In this document: piece after piece, positions 11,089-24,737 of the stretch
Layout: every line of letters starts with the position of its first letter
Position numbering within the stretch: the stretch's first letter is position 1
From: Mustelus asterias
Lineage: Eukaryota
DNA: 64,000 bases
NCBI RefSeq assembly: GCF_964213995.1
Contig: NC_135804.1
Span: 26,846,001 to 26,910,000 of the forward strand
Direction: 5' to 3'
Made by a program: the position numbers and the translations under genes
Notes under the pieces: generated by a model
Seen by the model: the letters and a program-made list of their open reading frames with translations, nothing else
Told to the model about the DNA's origin: nothing
Database searches by the model: none

Positions 11089-14000
11089 CTATACATTACA
11101 ATAAATGGTCCCCAATGTATTTTAAGCACCATAGACAGTATGTTTGAGAAGGAACAATGCATGATGTCAAGAGGTGACCTTAATGGACAAGTATACAAGT
11201 GTTCTTTTTCATGATTCATATGCAAATTAAATTACATCATAACTATATGTGAATATATATAATATATATAATCCCTGGTAGTTTATATACACACAAATAT
11301 ATAATGAATAGTTATGCCAAGAACCATCATTTTCTAACAAGGGGGGGGGAAGCTGGAATTATGGAATAAATTTCAATATTTGTTATTTTAAAAGCACCTG
11401 TACAAAGAAATAAACTATTCATTTTATGAAATGTATTTTCTAAGTGTTACTACTGGAGGTACATCATCAATCACACTTTGTTGGTCAAATTTAAAACTAG
11501 TACCTCTGGATATATGCCAAGACTTAAGAATATTATGCAAGTGGTGGAAATCTGCATCAGGTTGGTCAGCTTTTAAAAGAAAATAAAGCTTTGATCAATT
11601 TACACTCAATAAATTAACCAAAGAATAAACGCTAATGACATGAAAAATATCGAAGATGCTACAAATCTGAAATAAAAGCAGAAAATGCAGGAATCATTTA
11701 GCAGGTTAGGCAGCATCTCTGGAGACAGGAAAAAAAGGTTGGAGCAACATTTCAGGTCTTTGTTCTTTTATATATCCAATGTTTCATATTCATAACTTTT
11801 CATCAAAACCCCAAGGATTCATAGATCGGAAACATAAACCGAACCCTTTGAGAATTTTCCACAGATCTTAGAAGAATCTTGCCTGACCTGCAAGAATTTC
11901 CTGATAATAATTAACTTCAAATCTTAGCCTATGTTTTCTCTTTCAAAGACTGATCAATCTGCTGGTGCATACCAGCAATTTTCTGTATTTATTCACAATC
12001 TTTTCAATGCCAAACAAAGTGGAGGAACAATACAGAACCAGAATCAATGTCCTACATCAATATTCAATGGTCTGCATTTCTTTATTGGATATGTTTTCAA
12101 ATGGATCATTTTTAGTAAAAGGGTTAAAATGAAACATCTGTTGGCCTGATTTTAAGAAGAACAGAAAAAGAACGCAGACAGTGCACAGACCAGACCACTC
12201 ATCAGATTGGCCTCTGTTGACTACAAGTTATATTTGAATTTTGAAAAGACAAATGATTTTGAAAGAGATGAATAAAATGGTGAATGCACAATTACTTTAG
12301 AAGGAGGTCTGAATAGTAATACTTAGGGATTTAAACCATTTCAACAAAGTGTTTAACAATATTTAGTGCTACAAAATGCAGTTTGTGATACAAAATTTTG
12401 AATTAGCAGCATGATTCTATATATAGTACTGGTGGGTAAGAATTTAAATGATTGCACAGTATTTAATTATATTTTACTTTAGAGTTCATCGAGAATGGGG
12501 AAACAAGCCAGTGGATCAAGGTATGCACCATCTAATAGTGTGTCAATTCTTCCTCTCCCTTCCCTCCATTGTGATAATCTTAAAACAATCAAGGAAGGCA
12601 CAATACGCCAGAAAAGGGAAAACCGACTGTAACGATCTCTTTATGCTGAGTCAAAGGTATCTCTATTTTCCTTTCGATCTTTTTTTCAGTGCTGATATCT
12701 GCATAATGCCTCAGAGAAATTATCTACCAGCCAAACTGCATCATTATCGAGTGCTAATTAACTATTCAAGAGAAAACATCAGACTGAAATATCAACCTGT
12801 AAAAATGCAATGTAATCCCCCCCCCCCCACAAACAAATCCTTAATCAGATTGTCAAAGTCAGTGTAAGTGGTGGAAGAGCCATTGTTGCAGAACTGATTG
12901 TTATTATTTCATCAGGTGTATGAAACCAAATCATTTCTTGTCATTTTGTCATTCCTCTTTCCTATTGAATAACTAAAACCTTAGCATCGGCAAAAGAATA
13001 CTGGTGATAAATGCAACAAGTGGGGATAAACACCCAGGGTGGTCATCATGGTCCCCATCGGCTGTTATGGCAAACTTCTAAAAAGCTGTGTCCCAAAAGG
13101 AAATAAATGATCTAAAGTTGAAATCAGAATGTTTAACTGTGATTAATATGGCACTGTTTTTCATCAAACTCAATGAATTACATTGGGAATTACAATATAG
13201 CATGGATTACATTAGTTATTTCATTCTCTTTAAAAATGCAACTGGTCCAACGTCAAGGTGTTCTCTTTAACATAATGATTATTAGTTTATCATTATTTTC
13301 AACAAGACTGAAATTAAAATCCAGATGTCCCATTTCAAATCAAATTACCACAGCCAAACTCCATATCTGCACCAAGCAGACTTGTAGCATTGAAATGTAG
13401 TCTTATTGATTGACCAACTAGCCCTATGGGCCATGGAGGGCTGGACCTATCACTGGAAACTAGATTCTTCGAATTCTGCTTTAAATAATGTAGTAAGCAA
13501 ATGTCCTTATATATGGTCCTGGCTGAAAAACAACGGAAAGCTTACCAGCATTTTGCACCAGTGGGCAGTGTGGCTTCAGTTCATAAAGCTTCTCTGTGCA
13601 TAATCGGGATCTGCTAAACTCCCTCAGGTAAATAGGTAATGACCCCTATACATTAGATCAGCAGAATCAACTGTGTAGATATCTTAGCAGCTTGGTTTGG
13701 AGATTCAAACATTGCACAATAATGGATTTTTCCTGGGTGTCAAGACATGCAACTGTTTTCAAACTGACAAGTGGAAGTGACCCTTGCTGTCAGCTTGCTG
13801 CTATCAATTTATCATTGTCTACAATCCACTGTTGCACAGGGTTCACGATTTTTAAAAAAAACGGCAAGGCATTTTGAACCTCCATTTCTTCACGTAGGCT
13901 GGGGCACTGGCCTCCTAAATGATCAATTTTTCTGCTTCCTATTGGCACAATTCCCATGAACTCAATCTCTACCCCTTCTTTTCTCGCAGTTCAGTTTCTA

Positions 14001-14736
14001 GTTTTGAACCAAATAATCGGGATTTGACAAAGATGAAATCTGACATACTAACAAGCCCAGATCTATAATTAATTGCCAACTTAAACATCTGTTCCATTAA
14101 TCTTGACGGTCGATTTAACAGAGAACAGGTCATTTGAGTTGGAATTTCTCCTTTGCCGAGTCCAGACTGATGCCAGTGAGCAGAAAATAAAAACGGGCAG
14201 CATTACTAACATTTTGTCTTCATCCCAAGAATGTGATAAAAGTGCTGTGTAGCTGCAAGCTCTCTCTTCATGAATTATCTCACACAGACCAGGATGCTTT
14301 TCCTGGAATCCATTTAAATACATAGTATGTGTTTCTGCAGTCAATCAGATGGAGATGGACTAAATATATAACAAAATTGAAATATATTCTAAATGGAAAG
14401 TGCTCAGGAAGGTATGTGTATAAGTACACTGCTCTTAATATTATGCTGATCAGATTTTAATTTCTAAAACTGCTGCTTTGATTCGCTAGGGAAGCTGCCA
14501 TTTTAGCCTTTCATCAACAGTTGGACTTCCAACATCAGGGATAATCTTTAATCTCTTATATGTTCATTTATATCAGATTCCCATGCCTCATATGGTCCAC
14601 TAATGGAAGCAAACAATTCCATTGTTAACATCTACATCATCATCCCAACAAGTTTTTAAACTTAGTTTGCTGGCAGGATATGAAATGAACAGCATTACAA
14701 AATTCTCAGTTGACGATTCTTCATTTGGGCTCAGTT

Positions 14737-14904
<168 letters not shown>

Positions 14905-15216
14905 TTAGAGACAACACATGGTGTCTCTGATTTACATTAAATTGCATGGGAACATTATAGTTGTCAGGCTGGTCCCAAAGCTCAAATTATACCATTTGTT
15001 TCACCCCAACAATCTCTCAAGGCAGTCTGTTCTATGCACATGCCATTCTCTGTCAAGCAGTTGATCCGAAACTCATATTCCACCTTTTCATGTAGAGTTC
15101 ATATACTCTGGATACAAAATTCACAGTTGCATAGTCAGTTTATCAGTTTGAGATTCTATTTATTAGTTTGATGAAAATCTTTTACTTCCTTGCCCCTCTA
15201 TAAACATTCTCAATTT

Positions 15217-15535
15217 ATAGAATCTCTACAGTACAGAAGGAGGCCATTCAGCCCATCAAGTCTGTACCGATCACAATTTCACCCAGGCCCTATTCCTGCA
15301 ACCCCACGCATTTACCCTGTCCATCCCCTTGACACTAGGGTCAATTTAGCATGGCCAATCAACCTAACCCACACATCTTTGGACTGTGGGAGGAAACCGG
15401 AGCACCCGGAGGAAACCCATGCAGACACGGGGAGAATGTGCAAACTCCACACAGCCAGTGACCCGAGGCCGGAATTGAACCTAGGATCCTAGCGCTGTGA
15501 GGCAGCAGTGCTGACCACTGTGCCATCGTACTGCC
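15217..15535 (-). mobile_element. HE1-type SINE, tail A
   Basis: Head, V-domain and tail A. Confidence 0.85.
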
Positions 15536-15595
15536 ATTTCTTAATTCCCTTCTCATAGCTTCAGTCCCTATTCTCAGCAATCGTTTATTTACCCT

Positions 15596-15890
15596 AATAT
15601 CAAAGCAAATTACTGTGGATGCTGGAATCTGAAAGAAAAACAGAAAATGCTGGAAAATCTCAACAAGTCTGACTGCACTTGTGGAGAGAGAATAGAGCCA
15701 ACATTTCAAGTCTGAACAACCCTTCATCAGAGCTGAAGACAAAGGAAATAGGATGAGATATACAACAGTGTAAATCTCATCCTTTTTTTGTCTTCAGCTC
15801 TGACAAGAGGACATCCAGACCTGAAATGTTGGCTCTATTCTCTCTCCACAGATGCAGTCAGACCCGCTGAGATTTTCCAACATTTTCTGA
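15596..15890 (-). mobile_element. Second-family Penelope fold-back insertion, with hammerhead remnants on both strands
   Basis: Inverted copies of the 45080-45210 sequence; TSD GTTTATTTACCCT at 15583-15595 / 15891-15903. Confidence 0.82.
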
Positions 15891-17174
15891 GTTTATTTAC
15901 CCTGCTCCACAAAGTCAGCATGTCCCAATAATACAATACTTAGATCTGAAATATTGATCGACATATACGCACTACTGCATATTGCATTATGTTCTACTCT
16001 TCTGACTATATACTCCAGTGCACTGATATTAATCACTCAAGCTCACTTTTATTCATGTTTCTGACGTTGTAATATCAGCTCGAGTTATCATACTCCCCCT
16101 CTTTTCCTTCACTACTCTACCTTTAAAAGCACAATGACACACTGCAATAGATGGTTCCTCGATACAATAGGACTGTATTTAGTTTTTAAGTTGCTTCCCT
16201 GGCCTGGGCCTCATCTGTGTAGTATTCCACAAGACAGACAAAGAAAATGCTCTGCCATAAAGGATGGAAAGGAAGAAACGGAGAAGTAGAAAAATGCCAC
16301 CCTTTTGAAGAAATAGTTGGATCCTACTGAACTTTTATGAGTATTTAATTCAGTACGCGTTCTGGCACACCTTGATGAGCAGCCACAGAAGTGCTGAGAA
16401 CAGGCTTCGTATTGGTCGCCCTGCCTTCTAGCATTAGGTCAATCAGATTTTTAAAAACGGATCGAGTAAACTTTAAAAGAAAACCAAATGTAGAATTGCA
16501 TCTGAATAACCCTGAAAGTTTGAAACTCTAAAGATAACAGAATTAGTTACATTAAGAAGTTACATTCAATCACAGCAGAATACACCCCCGAAGAAGTTAC
16601 AAATTCAAAATCTTAATTCATCCACCTTCGAACACATTAAGTTCCTTGTACGTCTTCAAAGATTGCAGTGTTTTTACCTCCATTACGCTTCTTGGGATTC
16701 TATATCACAGGTTGATTACTTAAAGAAGAATTTATTGATACACCCTGAACTTCCATGTTACTCATTTATTCATATCTCCCAACTTACACTCGCTTTTGGA
16801 TTTACCATTTTCGTTACTGGAACATTATACATCCCTATGATCACCACTCAAACATCCTCTTTCCATGCTGACACATCCTCGTTCCCTCAATCTTTTCTCA
16901 TAAATCAGACCTTTGACAATGGATTAGCCTTGTGGCACGCTTCTGCGTTGTCTTCAGTGCTTGTATATCTCACTCATCTCAGCAACCAGAACTGGACATT
17001 GCACTGAAGGTACTAAACAGAATGCTTTACAGTTCAGTCACAGCTTCCTGCATTCTACTATAAGACAACCTGAACATTCCATTGACTTCGATGATTACTG
17101 TGCCACATTGGACATGTTGACCACTAAGCACACCAAGATTCATTGGTCTATCTTGTCTTTCCTAGAATAGATAT

Positions 17175-17510
17175 CATAGAATCACTACAGTACAGGAGGC
17201 CATTCAGTCCATCGGGCCCGCACCAATCATGGTAATTGAGTGATTGGTGCAGGCTCAATCCCACCCAGGCCCCATCTCCGTAACCCCACGCATTCACCCC
17301 ACTATTTCCCCTGACACTAAGGGGCAATTTATCATGGCCAATCAATCTAAACCGCACATCTTTGGACCGTGGGAGGAAACTGGAGAACCCGGAGGAAACC
17401 CATGCAAACACAGGGAGAAGGTGCAAACTCCACACAGACAGTGACCTGAGGCCGGAATTGAACCTGGGTCCCTGGCGCGGTGAGGCAGCAGTGCTAACCA
17501 CTGTGCCACC
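17175..17510 (-). mobile_element. HE1-type SINE, tail A with templated insertion
   Basis: Head, V-domain and tail A. Confidence 0.85.
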
Positions 17511-17631
17511 CTATACTTTATACTTAGCTATTTCAACACCATTCAAGACTTGGGGGAATTACTCAATATTTCTTCATTATATTTTTCTAAATTAAACTTC
17601 ATGTCATTCTTCACTAATGCAGAAGTAAAAG

Positions 17632-17832
17632 TATAGCAAATGCTGAAAATCAGAATAAAAAACAAAAAAATATGGGTCAGGTAGCATCTCTGGAGAGAAA
17701 CCGAGCTAATGTTTCAGGTTGATGACCCTTCATGACCAGTTCTGAAGAAGAACCATCAACCTGAAATGTTAACTTTTTGCCTCGCAGGTGCTGCCTGACC
17801 CATTAAGTATTTCCAGCATTTTCTGTTTTTAT
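17632..17832. mobile_element. Degenerate Penelope fold-back remnant
   Basis: Palindromic ...CTGAAGAAG..CTGAAATGTT..CCAGCATTTTCTG. Confidence 0.55.
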
Positions 17833-18205
17833 GTGAATTTCCTGCCCATTTACATGTTTTATCCAACACATGCTAATTTCAGAGCTGCCGTGCTGTCTCC
17901 TTGGTTTGGTATCATTTGCAATATTGAATTTTTGAATCCAAAGTATTTATACAAATCGAGGCAGCAGTGATCCTCAAGTCCATTTTGGTTTCCATTGTTC
18001 AATTTCAGCTTGATCATTTTAGCCAGACAAGCTGCAAAGCTCAGCATTATATGATTATATTATATTACCAGCATTATATTACCATGATTGGTGGGGGCCC
18101 GATGGACTGAATGGCCTCCTGTACTGTAGTGATTCTATGATATCTATTCTAGGAAAGACAAGATAGACCAATGAATCTTGGTGTGCTTAGTGGTCAACAT
18201 GTTCA

Positions 18206-18545
18206 GGGCGGCACGGTAGCACAGTGGTTAGCACTGCTGCTTCACAGCTCCAGGGTCCCGGGTCCGATTCCCGGCTCGAGTCACTGTCTGTGTGGAGTTT
18301 GCACATTCTCCTCGTGTCTGCGTGGGTTTCCTCCGGGTGCTCCGGTTTCCTCCCACGGTCCAAAGATGTGCGGGTTAAGTTGATTGGCCAGGTTAAAAAT
18401 TGTCCCTTAGAGTCCTGGGATGCGTAGGTTAGAGGGATTAGTGGGTAAATATGTGGGGGTTGGGCCTGGGTGGGATTGTGGTCGGTGCAGACTCGATGGG
18501 CCGAATGGCCTCCTTCTGCACTGTCGGGTTTCTATGATTTCTATA
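18206..18545 (+). mobile_element. HE1-type SINE, tail A (young)
   Basis: GGGCGGCACGGTAGCACAGTGGTTAGCACTG head; CpGs retained. Confidence 0.9.
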
Positions 18546-18788
18546 TCTTTTGAAAGTTTCATGTCCTCTATTTAAGTTTTATTGTGCACTCCTCTCAAAT
18601 CCTCATTTCTTTCTTGAGGGTGGTAAAGTAGCAGCAGCCTTCAATCAGATCATGGATTGGCAATATTAGCACACAGTTACAATGCACTTCTTGTTTAAAA
18701 GAAAAATGAAGCATCCGTCCTATATAACTGCATCCTAACATGAACTTCTTGATGTACAAACTTACAGTCATTCAATTACCATGAGTCA

Positions 18789-19058
<270 letters not shown>

Positions 19059-19356
19059 TTAAAAATACAGCTTCGTACAATCATCGGGATAAAGAATTTG
19101 CAGCGGTATCGTAACATTTTACTTATAAATTTGATGCCTTTGAGTAGAGATTGAAAATTGTTTTCCTGCAGATACATCACGTGGAATACTACTGAACCGA
19201 ACATTGTCAATAAACTTTGCTTATCACATGAAAATATCAATTGATAAGAAAATTATGATATAATAACATATACACGGGGAAATTAAGCACCCAAAAGGTT
19301 GCAAATACAATGTTATATATTAACGCAGAGAACATTTAAACAAAACTAATGGATAA

Positions 19357-19580
19357 TGATTGGTCTGTGGAACACTTTGCAGCAGAAGGCTGTGGAGGCC
19401 AGGTCATTGAATGTCTTTAAGACAGATAGATAGGTTCTTGATTAATAAGGGGATCAGGGGTTATGGGGAAAAGGCAGGAGAATGGGGATGAGAAAAATAA
19501 TCAGCCATGATTGAATGGCGGAGCAGACTCGATGGGTCGAGTGGCCTAATTCTGCTCCTATACCTAATGGTCTTATGATT
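19357..19580 (+). mobile_element. CR1 3' fragment
   Basis: LWNTL.QKAVEA.SL..FK and GACTCGATGGG..TGGCCTAATTCTGCTCC tail. Confidence 0.7.
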
Positions 19581-20489
19581 ACTGGGCTGTATAGGAACAG
19601 TTTTAAAATTGGGATCTCCTATCTAAGATGGAGATGAGGAGAAAAATTCTCTCATGCTGAGTGCTTTACTTGACCATTTCAGGGGACAGTTAAAAGACAA
19701 CCATATTGCTGTGTGTGTGGAATCATACATAAGCCAGACCAGGTAAAGGCAACAGATTTCCTTCCCTAAAGGGTGTCTGGAGTCACGCGTAAGTCAGACT
19801 GGGTAAAGGCAGCAGATTTCCTTCCCTAAAGGACATGTGAATAAGATGGGCTTTTTATGACATTCTGGTTGTTTCACAACCACCATTACTGAGATTAACT
19901 TTTTATTCCAGATTTATTCATTCATTGAATTTAAATTCCACCAGCTGCCACAGCGGGCTTGAACTCGAGTCTCTGGAGCTTTAATCCAGATCTCTTTATT
20001 CCTAGCCCAGTGACATAACTATTGCTCAAATCCCCATTGAGGGGGTGTGACTAGCTCTATTGGTAAAAATATACAATGAAGCCAAGAGTACAATGTAGAA
20101 AGCCAGCCATATAACTGATATGACAGATGCTGGAAATCCTTCTGCACAGATGTTCTCTGGTCTGCTGAGTATTTCCTTTGTTTAATAGTTATATGCATAA
20201 TTGATACAATATTTAAGCCAAATACTTTACTGTTTTGAAGTATGACTTGCAAGGCTTTTAAGTAAATTACGTGATGGAAAATCATACACAGCAAAAACAT
20301 GTTTAACAATTTCTCTTTCTGAAAAATGTGACATAAAAAAATCACTCTGAGAAACAACATTGTAACTCTCTTTAAAGAAGCACAATAAAAATGCAATATT
20401 TTTCTATTGGATGAAAGGAGGGGGTAAAGTTTGAGGGCCGTGCTTCCTGCAACTAAAAACCTAGTTCCTTTTGAAGACTGATGTAATAA

Positions 20490-22552
20490 GAACAAACAAA
20501 GAACAATACAGCACAGGAACAGGCCCTTCGGCCCTCCAAGCCCGCGCCACTCCCCGGTCCAGGATTGAATCCTGAATCCCCGCCCAATTTTCCAGCCTAT
20601 CTACATCCTAATATCCTATCCACCGAGCTGTCCCTCACAGCTACGATGCTTTGTTCATCACAACCTATTAACTCACCCCCACCCCCCCATTCCAGACCAT
20701 GTGATCTCCAGGGAGAGGCGAAAACCCAGAGTGAAAACCCCAGGGCCAATATGGGGAAAAAAAAATCTGGGAAATTCCTCTCCGACCCCCTGTGGCGATC
20801 GAAACGAGTCCAGGAGATCACACTGGCCCCGATCAGAAAATGCTTCCCAACCCTATTCATTTCCACTTCTGCTTTACGAACACCATCTGAATTCCCTGCC
20901 CCCGAGACAGGTTCCCAACTATCCGCAGTCTCGCTCTGTACTGGCACCAGCAAGATGATCATAGAATGAAGCCTTGAAACAAGAAACAAAGAACAATTAG
21001 CCCGCGCCGCTCCCTGGTCCAAACTAGACCACTCTTTTGTATCCCTCCATTCCCACTCCGTTCATATAGCTGTCTAGATAAGTCTTAAACGTTCCCAGTG
21101 TGTCCGCCTCCACCACCTTGCCTGGCAACACATTCCAGGCCCCCACGACCCTCTGTGTAAAATATGTCCTTCTGATATCTGTGTTAAACCTCCCCCCCTT
21201 CACCTTGAACCTATGACCCCTCGTGAACGTCACCACCGACCCGGGGAAAAGCTTCCCACCGTTCACCCCATCTATGCCTTTCATAATTTTATACACCTCT
21301 ATTAAGTCTCCCCTCATCCTCCGTCTTTCCAAGGAGAACAACCCCAGTTTCCCCAATCTCTCCTCATAACCAAGCCCCTCCATACCAGGCAACATCCTGG
21401 TAAACCTCCTCTGTACTCTCTCCAAAGCCTCCACGTCCTTCTGGTAGTGTGGCGACCAGAACTGGACGCAGTATCCCAAATGCGGCCGAACCAACGTTCT
21501 ATACATCTGCAACATCAGACCCCAACTTTTATACTCCATGCCCCGTCCTATAAAGGCAAGCATGCCATATGCCTTCTTCACCACCTTCTCCACCTGTGAC
21601 GTCACCTTCAAAGATCTGTGGACTTGCACACCCAGGTCCCTCTGCGTCTCTACACCCTTTATGGTTCTTCCATTTATCGTGTAGCTCCTCCCTACATTAT
21701 TCCCACCAAAATGCATCACTTCACATTTATCAGGATTGAACTCCATCTGCCATTTCTTTGCCCAAATTTCCAGCCTATCTATATCCTTCTGTAGCCTCTG
21801 ACAATGTTCCTCACTATCTGCAAGTCCTGCCAGTTTTGTGTCGTCCGCAAACTTACTGATCACCCCAGTTACTCCTTCTTCCAGATCATTTATATAAATC
21901 ACAAACAGCAGAGGTCCCAATACAGAGCCCTGCAGAACGCCACTAGTCACAGGCCTCCAGCCGGAAAAAGACCCTTCCACTACCACCCTCTGTCTTCTAT
22001 GACCAAGATGTGGAGATGCCGGCGTTGGACTGGGGTAAACACAGTAAGAAGTTTAACAACACCAGGTTAAAGTCCAACAGGTTTATTTGGTAGCAAAAGC
22101 CACACTTTTGCGTGGCTTTTGCTACCAAATAAACCTGTTGGACTTTAACCTGGTGTTGTTAAACTTCTTTCTATGACCAAGCCAGTTCTCCACCCATGAG
22201 ATCCAACCTTTTTCACTAGCCTACCATGAGGGACTTTGTCAAACGCTTTACTAAAGTCCATATAGACAACATCCACGGCCCTTCCTTCGTCAACCATTCT
22301 GGTCACTTCTTCAAAAAACACCACCAGGTTAGTGAGGCATGACCTCCCTCTCACAAAACCATGCTGACTATCGTTAATGAGTTTATTCCTTTCTAAATGC
22401 GCATACATCCTATCTCTAAGAATCTTCTCCAACAACTTCCCCACCACGGACGTCAAGCTCACCGGCCTATAATTACCCAGGTTATCCTTCCTACCCTTCT
22501 TAAATAACGGGACCACATTAGCTATCCTCCAATCCTCTGGGACCTCACCTGC
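20490..22552 (-). mobile_element. CR1 LINE, 5'-truncated, long-3'UTR variant, interrupted by a Penelope hairpin insertion
   Basis: RT ORF pieces 22145-22621 and 21024-21986 are nearly identical to the 56-59 kb copy; extra 3' UTR module. Confidence 0.92.
22008..22168 (-). mobile_element. Penelope-derived fold-back (hairpin) insertion inside the CR1 RT
   Basis: ~60-bp inverted arms; TSD TTCTATGACCAAG at 21995-22007 / 22169-22181. Confidence 0.85.
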
Positions 22553-22571
22553 AATCTTAAAGGGTTCTTTA

Positions 22572-22811
<240 letters not shown>

Positions 22812-22891
22812 TCAATTTCAGAATAGCCAATTTGGACCAAAATGTTGATTTTGTTTTCCTATTTGAATCAATATTACAGCATACAACATCA

Positions 22892-23008
<117 letters not shown>

Positions 23009-23508
23009 CTACAGGCAGAAACCAAACACGATGCATGTTAACTAAACAACCAATTTTTATAAGCGCCACACACCTTCAAGATATGTCACTAAAATTTTGA
23101 ATAAGATCCAATTTTTAAAAACTGCACAATTGAAGTAAGTAAATAGAAACTAACTTAGTGGATAGTAGAACATGTTATCACAAACTAACTCTACTCAGTT
23201 TAACATTTCAGCCTGAAATACTCTGCTAAATGTTCAGGGCAGAGGACTCAAACAGGCTAAACTCTCAATCATTCCAAGCACAAGGGGAAAGATAGGTTCA
23301 AAGTTGCTTTCTTCACATGACATAAATTCTGGATGCTTAAAAAAAATCTCTACAGGTTAAATTCTGTAGCTACTTTAAAAATTCTAAAAGGAAGATTAAC
23401 TTTTGTGGAAAGTCTTCAAGGACAGCATTGAAACAAAAGGGGCAATATTGATGCAAATGTAATAAGTCAAATCACTGTTTGTATTTACAGGGTCTGTAAT
23501 TACAAACA

Positions 23509-24332
23509 GTTGATGTCATGTACATGGATTTTAGTAAGGCGTTTGATAAGGTCCCCCATGGTCGGCTTATGATGAAAGTGAGGAGGTGTGGGATAGAGGG
23601 AAAGCTGGCCGATTGGATAGGTAACTGGCTGTCTGATCGAAGACAGAGGGTGGTGGTCGATGGAAAATTTTCGGATTGGAGGCAGGTTGCTAGCGGAGTG
23701 CCACAGGGATCAGTGCTTGGTCCTCTGCTCTTTGTGATTTTTATTAATGACTTAGAGGAGGGGGCTGAAGGGTGGATCAGTAAATTTGCTGATGACACCA
23801 AGATTGGTGGAGTAGTGGATGAGGTGGAGGGCTGTTGTAGGCTGCAAAGAGACATAGATAGGATGCAAAGCTGGGCTGAAAAATGGCAAATGGAGTTTAA
23901 CTCTGATAAATGTGAGGTGATTCATTTTGGTGGGACTAATTTAAATGTGATTACAGGGTCAAAGGTAGGGTTCTGAAGACTGTGGAGGAATAGAGAGATC
24001 TTGGGGTCCATATCCACAGATCTCTAAAGGTTGCCACTCAAGTGGATAGAGCTGTGAACAAGGGGGCATAACTACAGGGTTCGTGGTGGGAGATATAGGA
24101 AGGATATCAGAGGTAGGTTCTTTACGCAGAGAGTGGTTGGGGTGTGGAATGGACTGCCTGCAGTGATAGTGGAGTCAGATACTTTAGGAACATTTAAGCG
24201 GTTATTGGATAGGCACATGGAGCACACCAGGATGATAGGGAGTGGGATAGCTTGATCTTGGTTTCAGATAAAGCTCGGCACAACATCGTGGGCCGAAGGG
24301 CCTGTTCTGTGCTGTTCTATCTATGTTCTATG
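23509..24332 (+). mobile_element. CR1 LINE fragment with internal deletion
   Basis: [26 protein letters not shown]; CR1 tail. Confidence 0.9.
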
Positions 24333-24575
24333 TACAGTTCTTCCTAACATTTTTTGATTTGATTTATTGTCACATGTATTAGCATACCATGAAAAGTATT
24401 GTTTTCTGTGCGCTATACAGACACAGCATGCTGTACATAGAGAAGGAAAGGAGACAGTGCAGAATGTGTTAAGAGTCATAGCTAGGGTGTAGAGAAGGAT
24501 CAACTTAATATAAGGTGGCTCCATTCGTACATTATTTTCTAGTTAAAATCTTTATTAACATACAAAGCAGGCTTA

Positions 24576-24737
<162 letters not shown>

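Noticed and set aside
16300-16400. Possible alternative last DEF8 exon (SRCART resembles PKCARL)
   Set aside because: The resemblance is in the wrong phase for the exon 10 donor and too short to be meaningful.
18206-18280. tRNA genes at SINE heads
   Set aside because: A/B boxes continue into the V-domain and LINE tail; no complete cloverleaf.
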